DNA of 64,000 nt from an uncultured Elusimicrobia bacterium (GTDB lineage Bacteria > Elusimicrobiota > Elusimicrobia > UBA1565 > UBA9628): the NCBI GenBank assembly GCA_903830945.1, contig CAIKVT010000058.1:75487-139486 (forward strand), given 5' to 3'. The notes under the pieces are model-generated. The model did no database searches. It was not told the DNA's origin and saw only the letters and a program-made list of their open reading frames with translations. Positions 26,465-35,264 of this stretch are shown here, piece by piece. The position numbers and the translations under genes were made by a program. Each line of letters opens with the position of its first letter. Position 1 is the stretch's first letter.

Positions 26465-27715
26465 ATGGATAAGGATGCTTTGCTGCAGAATTCAGCGGGC
26501 GGCGCTCTGGCGCGCAGCCAGGCTGAGCAGGCCTGCGAACGCAGGAGGATGGAGGAGTCCCTGCGCGCCAGCGAGCTCAGGCTGCGCACCGTGGTCGACA
26601 AGCTGCCGGTGGGCGTGTGGCTGACCGACGTGCAGGGCAAGATCGTCTTGTGCAATCAGGCCGGGGAGGGCATTTGGGGAGGGGTCCGTTTCTCCGGCAT
26701 CGAGCAGTACGGCCAATACCCGGGCTGGTGGCACGACACGGGACGGCGTATCCAGCCTCATGAATGGGCGTCTGTGCGGGCCCTCTCGCGCGGTGAGACT
26801 TACGTCAACGAGGTTATCGACATCGAGACCTCGGACGGACGGCGCAAGACCATTTCCCATTCCGCCATCCCGGTGCGCGACGACGCCAACCAGATCACCG
26901 GCATCGTGGTCATCAACGAGGACATCACCGAGCGCAAGCGCGCCGAGTCGCGGCTGCGCGAGAGCGAGGAGCGCCACCGCCGCATCACCCAGGCTCTCTC
27001 CGACTACGTGTATACGGTCCATGTTCAGGATGGCCGGGCCGTGGCCACGGAGCACGGCGCGGCCTGCGAGGCGGTCACCGGCTATACTCGCGACGATTTT
27101 TCCTCCAACCCCTACCTCTGGCTGCGCATGGTGGTGGAGGCCGATAAGGCCGCGGTGCTCGAGCAGGGCCGGCGCCTGCTGGCCGGGGCTAAGCTGGGTC
27201 CCTTCGAGCACCGCATCGTACGCAAGGACGGCCAGACGCGTTGGGTGTGCAATACTTCGGTGTCCCATTTCGACGCGCAGGGACGGATGCTTTATTATGA
27301 CGGTGTCATTCAGGACATCACGGATCGTAAGGAAGTGGAGGACGCTTTGCGTTTGACTCAGTTCGCCATGGACCATTGCGCCATCCCGGTGCTCTGGATA
27401 GGACCTTCTGGACGCTTCCTTTACGTCAACGAGGCCGCAGCGGAGTCTTTGGGTTATCCCCGCGAACAACTCCTTTATCTCGGCGTGCCCGATATCAACC
27501 CGGACGTCCCGATCGGCCGCTGGTCAGTGCATTGGGCGGAGCTCAAGCGCGAGAAAATATTGCGTTGGGAAGGGCGTCACCGCCGTCAGGACGGCCGGGT
27601 CTTTCCGGTCGAGATCACGGCTAACTACCTGGAGTTTAAAGGCCGCGAGTACGGTTTCAACTTCGTGCGCGACATCACGGAGCGCAAGCGCTCCGCAGAG
27701 CCTCCGGGCAGTTGA
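26465..27715 (+). CDS. multi-PAS sensor protein (3 PAS/PAC units) with no output domain
   Basis: Three repeats of the PAS pattern separated by ERK(R/E) linkers. Ends ...TERKRSAEPPGS exactly where the HisKA dimerisation helix of a histidine kinase would start. Confidence 0.8.
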   Translation: MDKDALLQNSAGGALARSQAEQACERRRMEESLRASELRLRTVVDKLPVGVWLTDVQGKIVLCNQAGEGIWGGVRFSGIEQYGQYPGWWHDTGRRIQPHEWASVRALSRGETYVNEVIDIETSDGRRKTISHSAIPVRDDANQITGIVVINEDITERKRAESRLRESEERHRRITQALSDYVYTVHVQDGRAVATEHGAACEAVTGYTRDDFSSNPYLWLRMVVEADKAAVLEQGRRLLAGAKLGPFEHRIVRKDGQTRWVCNTSVSHFDAQGRMLYYDGVIQDITDRKEVEDALRLTQFAMDHCAIPVLWIGPSGRFLYVNEAAAESLGYPREQLLYLGVPDINPDVPIGRWSVHWAELKREKILRWEGRHRRQDGRVFPVEITANYLEFKGREYGFNFVRDITERKRSAEPPGS

Positions 27716-27717
27716 AT

Positions 27718-29631
27718 CTATAGAAAATGCAGCGTGTGAGTGCCGCGCAGGCGGCGCAATAGCAGGCCGTCGGGGGCCTGCTCGGCCGCGGCGTCGGACG
27801 GCTCGATGCGGTCGAACTTCCATCCCGTCGGCGCGCGCAGCAGGAGACCGTCGATCGGTTTCATTGCGGAGACGGTCACCGTCTTGGCGGCGGCGTTCGC
27901 GTCTACCTCGACTGCGTCACGCGCCGCCCACCAGGCGCCCATCTGGGACAGCGTGCCGAACCAGGCGCGCTCCTTCCACGTCGTGATGAAGCCTTTCTCG
28001 AAGTCGAGCTTGCCCTTGATGACGTCCGGATGGATCAGGATGACGAACAGGCCCCCGTAGCCGGACAGCGTTTCGGCCAACGCGAGCGCCTGCGGCAGGC
28101 GGTCGCTCAGGACCGGCGACGCCTCGTCCTCGATCGTGACCGGAAACTCATATAGGGGCGTCTCGACGCGTGACTCGCGTGACTCGGTCAGGCGGTAGGG
28201 CAGATGAGTCAGCGAGTTATTCGCCGTGGACGCCGAGCTGTATAGGTAGCCCGCCGCGCGCAGGGCCTGCGGCAGACAATAGGGGTCCGATAGATGGCCT
28301 GGGCGGAACGAGACGATCGGCGGGACGCCCAGCAGGGCCTCGAGCAGGAATTTGCTGACGCGCAATTCGCCGAGGATGGTGCCGCCCTCGGTGATGGTCT
28401 TGTTCATGACGCGCGGCTGGTACGAGGGATACCTTTCCTGTCCGCTTCCCATCGGGAACTTTGCAAACTGCCGAGAGTGCGCCACCGAGTGGCTTGCCAG
28501 TTCGGGAGCGGCCGCGGCGATCTGGCGCATCAGCGCCAAGTTTCTTGGGATGAAAAAGGCCGCATCGCTGAAGTCGGTCATGTGCTTCGTCTGTAGGAAA
28601 TAAGTCGCCGGAATGCCCGCCTGACGCTCGTAGTCTTCGTAGGCCGTGGAGTTCCCCACGGAGGGCAGATAGTCGATGTCATGTGTCACAAGCACGGACA
28701 GCGCCTTGCCCATCGGGACCGTGCCGAGCGTCGCCGCGGCGGGTTCGCCGCGGCGGTAGAGTTCCGCGATCAGGCGCATGAACACGTCGGCGGCGGGTTC
28801 ATAGTCGTTTGTGTACGAACGCTCGATCTGTTCATCGCGCAAGCTGTGGCTGACGTGCATGAGTTGTCCAAGGTCCAGGCCAATCGCGTAGGCCGTCCCA
28901 CGACCGAGATGTCGACGGAGCATCGCGGCGGAGCCGCCGTCGAAATCGGCCAGGGGCGGTTCGGCTGTGCCAGAATAGCCGACGGTGTCCAGGTCGCGTC
29001 CTCCCGTCAGCCATGTCAGCGGCACCGTCGTCTCCTTCGGGTGCGTCAACGGCGCCAGTTCGCGGATCGCGGGCCGGAAGCGCCATGTACCGCGCGCGCG
29101 GGAGGATTTGGCTTCTCGATATCCGAAGATATCCTTCCATGACGCGGCCGATGGGTTTACGGCGATCAGGGTCGCGCCGCCGCGCACGGCAGTCTCGAGC
29201 CCTGCCCGCGCCTCGGCGGGCAATCCGGCGTCCGTCAGGTCTGGGAAGACCGCGATGACGCGATGCGCGGCAGCCGCGCGCCAGTCCCGCGTCAGCATGA
29301 ATGGTACGCCCCAGCTCTTGAGGGCGTGCGCGAACGCCAGCCAACCCCAGCCTTTATCGGTGCGCGTCAGTAGGACCGCCAGGCGCGAGCGGCCGCCATT
29401 CGCGTACGTCTCGATAGGCGTTGGCGCGCCCTCAACGACGATACTGTGCTCCTGCGGCCCTGAGACACCGAGCGAGTCGGTCCGACCGACAGGCGTCGCT
29501 GTTTCCTCGATGACGTCGTGTTCCCGCGGCCCCCAGACACCGAATGAGCCGGTCCGATCCCAAAGGAAGACCGCCGCGATGAGGAGAGCGGCTGCCACCG
29601 TCGTGGCGCTCGCGACGAGTCGAGTCTTCAT
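27718..29631 (-). CDS. secreted CE4 polysaccharide deacetylase (PgaB/IcaB-like core) with N-terminal GATase1/ThuA-like domain
   Basis: Signal/TM at N-terminus. LVTHDIDY (motif 1, DD) and ELASHSVAHS (motif 2, HSxxH) of CE4. Confidence 0.7.
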   Translation of the reverse strand: MKTRLVASATTVAAALLIAAVFLWDRTGSFGVWGPREHDVIEETATPVGRTDSLGVSGPQEHSIVVEGAPTPIETYANGGRSRLAVLLTRTDKGWGWLAFAHALKSWGVPFMLTRDWRAAAAHRVIAVFPDLTDAGLPAEARAGLETAVRGGATLIAVNPSAASWKDIFGYREAKSSRARGTWRFRPAIRELAPLTHPKETTVPLTWLTGGRDLDTVGYSGTAEPPLADFDGGSAAMLRRHLGRGTAYAIGLDLGQLMHVSHSLRDEQIERSYTNDYEPAADVFMRLIAELYRRGEPAAATLGTVPMGKALSVLVTHDIDYLPSVGNSTAYEDYERQAGIPATYFLQTKHMTDFSDAAFFIPRNLALMRQIAAAAPELASHSVAHSRQFAKFPMGSGQERYPSYQPRVMNKTITEGGTILGELRVSKFLLEALLGVPPIVSFRPGHLSDPYCLPQALRAAGYLYSSASTANNSLTHLPYRLTESRESRVETPLYEFPVTIEDEASPVLSDRLPQALALAETLSGYGGLFVILIHPDVIKGKLDFEKGFITTWKERAWFGTLSQMGAWWAARDAVEVDANAAAKTVTVSAMKPIDGLLLRAPTGWKFDRIEPSDAAAEQAPDGLLLRRLRGTHTLHFL

Positions 29632-32123
29632 CAGGGCTGGAAGCGGTAGAAGGCGTTCAATGCGTCGATGTGGCGCAGGATGGCCGCATTGCCGGCCTGC
29701 TCCCGCTCGGGTGTGACTAGGTTCCGCTCTCCGGCCGGGTCGCGCTCCAGGTCGAAGAAATAGGACGCGAAGTTCATCCCATCGGCGATGTAGAGGCGGC
29801 GGCCGTCATCCTGGAGCAGGCCGTAGACCGGGGCGTAGCTGGAGACTACGGGCCTCTCGGCGCGCGCGGTGCGCGCGAGCTCCTCGTGGCTGGAGGCTAA
29901 CAGCGGTCGTCCCAGGACCTCCCCGTCCGTCTGAGGAGAGCGGCCGAGCAGGGCATAGAGGGTGGGAGTGATGTCCGTCAGGAAGGCCGCGGAATCCGTG
30001 TCCCAGACCAGGCTGCGGCGCAGGCGCTCCGGGACGTGCATGATGAGCGGCACGCGCAGGATCTCTGGGAAGATGGTGTAGGCGTGCCCTCTGCGGCCGC
30101 CTTCGCCTAGAGAGTCGCCATGGTCCGCGGCTAGGACCAGGATGCTGTCCTCATAGAGACCGGCTTTCTTCAGTTTGGCGAGGAAGCGTCCGAAACAGGC
30201 GTCGAGCCGGGCCACGCGGCTGGCATAGGGCGCATCGAAGCCGGGGTAGCCCTTTCCATCCACGGCGCGCTGCCCTTCCCGGTCGATGACCGAGACGTGC
30301 AGGTCCTGCGTCTGCAGGTAGGAGAACACGGGGCCCGGCCCCCGCAGGGCCAGCTTGTCGGAGAGCTCCGCCAAAGTCGGACAGGTCGTGGGCAGGGCGA
30401 CGGGGGGTGGGCCGCCCAGAGGAGTCAGAGCCGGGGAACGCTCGAGCAGCTCCCAAAGGATCGGATCGACCGCGACCAGGCTCCGATAGCCCTCCTCCTT
30501 GGTGAGGCGTTCTAGACAGTTCATGGGCGCGAAAGGCGTCACGTACTGTTTGTGCGGGAGTCGGGCGCCGGCCCAGATGGAGGGCTCGGAGAGGCCTGTG
30601 GCACCGTAGGAGGTGAAAGCCCGGCGCCAGACCAAGGAATCTTTGGCGAAGGCGTCGATGGCGGGGGTGAAGTCCGCCTTGGGATTGTAGGTTCCGAGAT
30701 AGTCCGGCCGGAGGCTGTCGATGACGATGATGAAGATATTGGGTTTGCGTGTCAACGCTCCCGGAGGCGCGCCCGCCATGCCGATGTCACGGGGAGCGAT
30801 CGGGGTCTGGCGGGATATGTTGGTGTTGGCGTTCAGGACACCATAGAAATTCCCCGCCGCGCTCCGGTGCCGGAAGAGCCGCCGCGCGGCTCGTGCGGAC
30901 AATTCCTCTTCCGCGAGCTTGCGCACCGCCGGAGCGACCGCCTTACCGGCCAGCCGGAGCTGAGGGGATGCGTAGGTCAAGGCCGCGTCCGCGCTCCAGG
31001 CCAAGAGGATGCAGACCGAGACGGCCGCCAGGTCCCGCATCCCAGGGTCGGCCGCGGGGCCGGGGCGCCGGCGCATCCATCCGTGGAAGAAGACGAAGGC
31101 CGCGGCCCAGATGGCTAGAACGCCGAAGGTGGCGATGACGCGGTCCCAATCCACGCTGATGGCGAAGCGGAGGACCCAAGGGGAGGCGGCCAGCAGCAAG
31201 AGGCCGGCCAGCCGGCCCGGTAGGCTCTTCCAGGCCGGGCGCCAGAGAGACGCCAGGGGGGCGGTTAGGAAGTCCAAGGCGTCTACCATAGGATCCGGGC
31301 GAGCCGTCGCTAGGTCGCTGGCTTGGCCAAGGAGCGCTAGGACCGTGGCTCCGGTCCCTGCCGCGGCCCAGATCCAGGCCGCCGGGCCGGAGAAGGAGAG
31401 TGAGCTCAGAAGCAGGGAGTCGAGGGCCCAGAAGATGAAGGCGCCGAGCCCGGTTAGGAGCAGCAGCGCTTCGCTGCGGACCCTGCTGCCGGGCAGAATC
31501 CTTGCCGCGGTCCGGGCCAGGTCGCAGCAGATGAACAGGGCCAGGAAGGTGAGGAGGTGGGAGAGCAGGCTTTCTCCCAGCGCGAGTGCCGCGATCCAGC
31601 GCACGGAGCCGGCCCAGGCCGTGCCGTGTGCCAGCAGGTGCGCGGTCGTGAAGGCCGTAAAAATAAGACCCGCGGCCAGGAGCGCGGCGGGCAGGCGCGC
31701 GCGCAGCGCGGCCGCATCGGGCTCATCCGCCCAGGTCAGCCGTCGTTGCCTTGCGAGCAACCGGAGGGTCTCCCAGGATATCAGAGGCAGCCAGCAGAGC
31801 GCGCTCAGGAGCAGGCTCCAACCGTTGTTGCCGACCTGTCCGGACATAAGCGGCCAGGACACGGCAAGCGCCATTGTGCCGGTCGCCAAGGCGAAGGCCT
31901 GACGCCACCTGGAGAGCGTTAGCGCCGCGAGCGCCAGCGCGGCGCCCAGGAAGATGGCGTGAACTCTTAAGAAGAAGCCGACCCAAAGGGGATAATGATG
32001 GTCCTGGATGAAATTTTTCCAGGAGAACGGGATGTAGCAGAGCAGACAGTAGAGAGAGGTGGCCGCGGCGACGGAGAAAAGGGCCCACCGGGCTAGGGCC
32101 GCGAGCCGCAGGGAGTTTTTCAT
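29631..32123 (-). CDS. polytopic membrane protein with C-terminal periplasmic sulfatase/alkaline-phosphatase-superfamily domain (LtaS/EptA/BcsG-like transferase)
   Basis: About 11 N-terminal TM helices. C-terminal PNIFIIVIDSLRPDYLG...AADHGDSLGE...H matches the sulfatase-family metal-site pattern. Confidence 0.75.
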   Translation of the reverse strand: MKNSLRLAALARWALFSVAAATSLYCLLCYIPFSWKNFIQDHHYPLWVGFFLRVHAIFLGAALALAALTLSRWRQAFALATGTMALAVSWPLMSGQVGNNGWSLLLSALCWLPLISWETLRLLARQRRLTWADEPDAAALRARLPAALLAAGLIFTAFTTAHLLAHGTAWAGSVRWIAALALGESLLSHLLTFLALFICCDLARTAARILPGSRVRSEALLLLTGLGAFIFWALDSLLLSSLSFSGPAAWIWAAAGTGATVLALLGQASDLATARPDPMVDALDFLTAPLASLWRPAWKSLPGRLAGLLLLAASPWVLRFAISVDWDRVIATFGVLAIWAAAFVFFHGWMRRRPGPAADPGMRDLAAVSVCILLAWSADAALTYASPQLRLAGKAVAPAVRKLAEEELSARAARRLFRHRSAAGNFYGVLNANTNISRQTPIAPRDIGMAGAPPGALTRKPNIFIIVIDSLRPDYLGTYNPKADFTPAIDAFAKDSLVWRRAFTSYGATGLSEPSIWAGARLPHKQYVTPFAPMNCLERLTKEEGYRSLVAVDPILWELLERSPALTPLGGPPPVALPTTCPTLAELSDKLALRGPGPVFSYLQTQDLHVSVIDREGQRAVDGKGYPGFDAPYASRVARLDACFGRFLAKLKKAGLYEDSILVLAADHGDSLGEGGRRGHAYTIFPEILRVPLIMHVPERLRRSLVWDTDSAAFLTDITPTLYALLGRSPQTDGEVLGRPLLASSHEELARTARAERPVVSSYAPVYGLLQDDGRRLYIADGMNFASYFFDLERDPAGERNLVTPEREQAGNAAILRHIDALNAFYRFQP

Positions 32124-32956
32124 TTGGACCCTTCTCGCTTCAATTGAGCTAGGGTGGCATGGGCCCGCAGGGCACAGGCGCGGTCGTCCAGTTTGTCGCA
32201 GACCCGCGCGAGTATGCGGTAGAGGTCCGCGTAGGAAGGGGACTGGCTCACGGCAGTGCGCAGCAGAGCCTGGGCGCGGGCGAACTGTCCCATCGCCTCG
32301 GCCAGCTGAGCTCCGGCCAAGAGCGCATCGACGTTTTTGGGATGGGCCTTGAGCACTTCATCTACGAGGCGCTGAGCCTGCGCGCGATCGCCTTCCTCGC
32401 GCAGGATGCGCGCCAGCCCCAGTTTGGCGTCGCTGTAGTCGGGAGTGGTCCTTAGGATGGAGGAATAGAGTGTTTTGGCTTCCTGGCTTTGGCCGGCCTG
32501 TTCCAAGGGCAGGGCCAGGAATAAGGCCAAGTCAGGTTGGGAAGGGTCAAGTGCCAGGCAGCGGCGGTGGGCGGCTATGGCTTGGTCGGTCCGGCCTAGT
32601 TTCTCGTAGGCTTGGCCTAACTGGGGACAGGCGTCCGTGGGCGTGGGTGTGACCGTGATGAAGAGTTCCCAGGAGGCCGCTTCCTTTGGAAAATCATTGA
32701 GCTGGGCATAAGCTCGGGCTTGGGCGGATAGGTATATAGGATTGTTCGGAGCGCCGCGTAGGAGCTTTTGGACGAGTCCCAGGGTTCGTGCGGGTTCGCC
32801 CTCGTCGCTGGCCTCCTGGACCTGGGCCCAGAGTGCTTTGGCTTTTTCCGGGGATAGGCGTGCGGGCCGGTCGCCGGTCGCGCTGCCAGCGGTCCAGAAG
32901 AGAACCGCGGCCATGAGGATCCTCCCTGCGAGCGGCTGCAGGGCCCGAGCATCCAT
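32120..32956 (-). CDS. secreted TPR-repeat protein
   Basis: Start set at ATG 32956 (MDARALQPLAGRILMAAVLFWTAGSATG, signal-like). At least 5 TPR-like units. The track N-terminal extension lies inside the upstream gene and is rejected. Confidence 0.6.
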   Translation of the reverse strand: MDARALQPLAGRILMAAVLFWTAGSATGDRPARLSPEKAKALWAQVQEASDEGEPARTLGLVQKLLRGAPNNPIYLSAQARAYAQLNDFPKEAASWELFITVTPTPTDACPQLGQAYEKLGRTDQAIAAHRRCLALDPSQPDLALFLALPLEQAGQSQEAKTLYSSILRTTPDYSDAKLGLARILREEGDRAQAQRLVDEVLKAHPKNVDALLAGAQLAEAMGQFARAQALLRTAVSQSPSYADLYRILARVCDKLDDRACALRAHATLAQLKREGSK

Positions 32957-34848
32957 CAGAAGTTGTAGCGGGCCTGGAGGCCGAGTGAGTAGGACTGGTC
33001 GCGCACCGTTGTCGTGGACACTCGCCCCAGGGCCTTGAGCGCGAGGTTCTCCCGTTGGTACCATTCTAGCTCGCCTATATAGGCGTTGCCCTCGTAGTGG
33101 CTCCGGATCGCATCCCAGATGAAGCCGTGTTCGTAGCCCACCATGCTCCAGAGCCCACCGAAGCGTCGGGGGTGGATTCCTTCCCCGCCCCGGCAGCCCC
33201 AACAGCAGGGGCAGGCCTGGTTCCAACCGTGTCGCCAGTAGGCTCCCATCCAATGGTCTTGCTCGCTGGTTGATAGGTAGTTGCCTGCCGGCAGCAGGTA
33301 TTGGAGCGTGGAGAGCCGATAGCTGCCGGAGAATTCCTTGCACCAGGGCAGCCAGCCCGTGGCTTCGGCGTTGAAATCATCGGTGTGGTTGGCATCGGTG
33401 AAGAAGGTCCGGCCGTAAGAGAGGGAGAGGAGGTACTTGTCTTCTTGGAGCCGGCGCGCCATGATGCTGATGCGGTCCATGTCGACATAGCCCAGGCGGT
33501 TATCCGGGGTGGCTCCGTAGAACTCCTGGGGACTGCGCGAATAGCGCGCCTGGAGAAGGTTGTTGCCTGATTCTTTCGTGGCTAGGAGCGACCAGGTCTT
33601 GTATGTCGTGTGCTCGGAGTAGTTGTTGAGTCCGGCGCGACCTAGCAGGCCTAAGCCGAGGATGTAGGTCTCGAATTCGCCCTGCATGGAATCCTCGCGC
33701 AGCAGGGCTAAGTACGTGCTGCTTCCTGCGCCGCGCAAGTATGTCGGGGACCGGGTCAAGGTGAGTCGGGCGTTTCCTGCCTGGGTGTGCCACTCCCCAT
33801 AGAGTCGCGCCCGGGAGAACTGGGTGCGGCCCAAGCCCGCGCCGTGGATGTCATTGAGCAGGGATTGGCCGTACTCGCCCTCGAGTCTCACATTGCGCGT
33901 GGGGTCGGTCTCCATGCCGAGGGAATAGCGCTGGTCGAGAATGTTGTAATACGTGAAGCCTTGTGTGTCGTTGCGCTGCGCCTCCTGTCCGTATTCGGCG
34001 CCTCCGATGAAAGCAAGCTTGGCTGAGGACCGGTAGCGGGCCCGCAGCCCGCCGGAACGGCCTTCGTAGATGATGCGCTGGGGGCTGGCCGTGTTGAGAC
34101 CTTCTTGAGAAAGAGACTTGTAGATGCGGCCGGTAGGGAATATCCCGCTGGACCAGGACCTTTTTGAATCATCGAGTCTGCGCCAAGCGGCCGGGTCGCA
34201 GGGATCCGCTTGCGTCATTCCCTCCAGGGCGACCTGGACGCCTGGGTTGTCTCGCAGTCCTTTCCGGGCGCGGGCCATGAGGCCTAGGATGTAGGCGCTG
34301 TGCGGGGACTGGGCATCCCATCTTTGGAGGTAGCCGAGGGCCTCCTGGTACTCATCCAGGGAGAGGCAGACCAAAGAGAGCCCCTCGAAGGCGCCGCCGC
34401 TCTTGGGATCGAGCTTCAGCATTTTAAGGAAAATGGTCTTGGCCTTGGTGAGGTCGTCGCGTTGGAGCGCGGCCATGCCTTCGTCGTAAGATGGCGCGGC
34501 GGGCGCGGGGGCGGCATTCCCTGTCGGTAAAAGGCCCTCGCGGGCGCGGGCCATGAGGCCGAGGATGTAAGCACTGTGCGGGGATTGGGCGTCCCATCGC
34601 TGGAGGTAGCCGAGGGCTTCCGCGTATTGCTCTAGGGAGAGGTAGACCGATGAGAGTCCTTCCAAGGCGCCGCGACTTTCGGGGTCGCGCTCCAGCAGTT
34701 TTAGGAAGATGGCTTTGGCCCCTTGGAGGTCGCCGTGTTGGAGCGTGGCTATGCCCTCCTCGTAAGATGGCGCGGCGGCCTCGGCCGGCGCGGCGCGCAA
34801 GGGGGCGGCGGCTAAGGAGGCCAGCAGGAGTAAGGAGGCGCCGGTCAT
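32956..34848 (-). CDS. outer-membrane exopolysaccharide export porin, PgaA/BcsC-like (N-terminal TPR region + C-terminal beta-barrel)
   Basis: Signal peptide. TPR units carrying an internal tandem duplication. C-terminal half rich in alternating amphipathic strands and ending ...LGLQARYNF (OMP C-terminal Phe). Confidence 0.6.
   Translation of the reverse strand: MTGASLLLLASLAAAPLRAAPAEAAAPSYEEGIATLQHGDLQGAKAIFLKLLERDPESRGALEGLSSVYLSLEQYAEALGYLQRWDAQSPHSAYILGLMARAREGLLPTGNAAPAPAAPSYDEGMAALQRDDLTKAKTIFLKMLKLDPKSGGAFEGLSLVCLSLDEYQEALGYLQRWDAQSPHSAYILGLMARARKGLRDNPGVQVALEGMTQADPCDPAAWRRLDDSKRSWSSGIFPTGRIYKSLSQEGLNTASPQRIIYEGRSGGLRARYRSSAKLAFIGGAEYGQEAQRNDTQGFTYYNILDQRYSLGMETDPTRNVRLEGEYGQSLLNDIHGAGLGRTQFSRARLYGEWHTQAGNARLTLTRSPTYLRGAGSSTYLALLREDSMQGEFETYILGLGLLGRAGLNNYSEHTTYKTWSLLATKESGNNLLQARYSRSPQEFYGATPDNRLGYVDMDRISIMARRLQEDKYLLSLSYGRTFFTDANHTDDFNAEATGWLPWCKEFSGSYRLSTLQYLLPAGNYLSTSEQDHWMGAYWRHGWNQACPCCWGCRGGEGIHPRRFGGLWSMVGYEHGFIWDAIRSHYEGNAYIGELEWYQRENLALKALGRVSTTTVRDQSYSLGLQARYNF
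34220..34775. repeat. intragenic tandem duplication (2 x 276 bp, about 85% identical) inside the PgaA-like gene
   Basis: Protein repeats APSYEEGIATLQHGDLQGAKAIFLKLLERDP... and APSYDEGMAALQRDDLTKAKTIFLKMLKLDP..., both ending ...GYLQRWDAQSPHSAYILGLMARAR. Nucleotide period 276 (e.g. 34286 vs 34562). Confidence 0.6.
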
Positions 34849-35231
34849 TTTCCTGCGGTGACCTTGGCGATGACGGCCCGAAGGTCCTTCGGGTCGAAGG
34901 GCTTCTCGAAGAAGACCGCCACCGAGGGGATGGCCTCGAAGAGGTGGCGCATGTCGCCTTTGGCCGTGACGACGACGATGGGCAAGGCCGCGGTGCGCGG
35001 GCAGTTCCGGATGGCGAGGGCCGCAGTATAGCCATCCATGATGGGCATCATCACATCCAGGATCATGAGGTCGGGCAGGACCAAGGCCTCGTCCGAGGGA
35101 TCGACACCCAACACGCGCAGGGCTTCTTGGCCGTTGCCGGCGGAGGAAACGTTATGCCCGGATTTTTCCAGGATGAAGCGCATCAGGGCGACGATGTGTT
35201 CTTCGTCGTCGACGATGAGTATTTTTGCCAT
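34845..35231 (-). CDS. stand-alone response-regulator receiver (CheY-like) protein
   Basis: 128 aa. MAKILIVDDEE...DLMILDVMMP...VVVTAK...EKPF receiver motifs. Confidence 0.8.
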   Translation of the reverse strand: MAKILIVDDEEHIVALMRFILEKSGHNVSSAGNGQEALRVLGVDPSDEALVLPDLMILDVMMPIMDGYTAALAIRNCPRTAALPIVVVTAKGDMRHLFEAIPSVAVFFEKPFDPKDLRAVIAKVTAGK

Positions 35232-35233
35232 GA

Positions 35234-35248
35234 GATATAATTTATATC
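35234..35248. promoter_or_regulatory. 15-bp AT-rich palindrome GATATAA-T-TTATATC inside the 33-bp divergent intergenic region
   Basis: Read directly. Contains a TATAAT-like hexamer. Sits between the receiver gene (minus strand) and the YgjP-like gene (plus strand). Confidence 0.35.
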
Positions 35249-35264
35249 ATATTCATCGGCACTT

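Noticed and set aside
32120-33343. 407-aa version of the TPR gene
   Set aside because: The first 129 aa run through the 3' end of the PgaA-like gene. The ATG at 32956 (MDARALQ..., signal peptide) abuts that gene's stop (TGATG).
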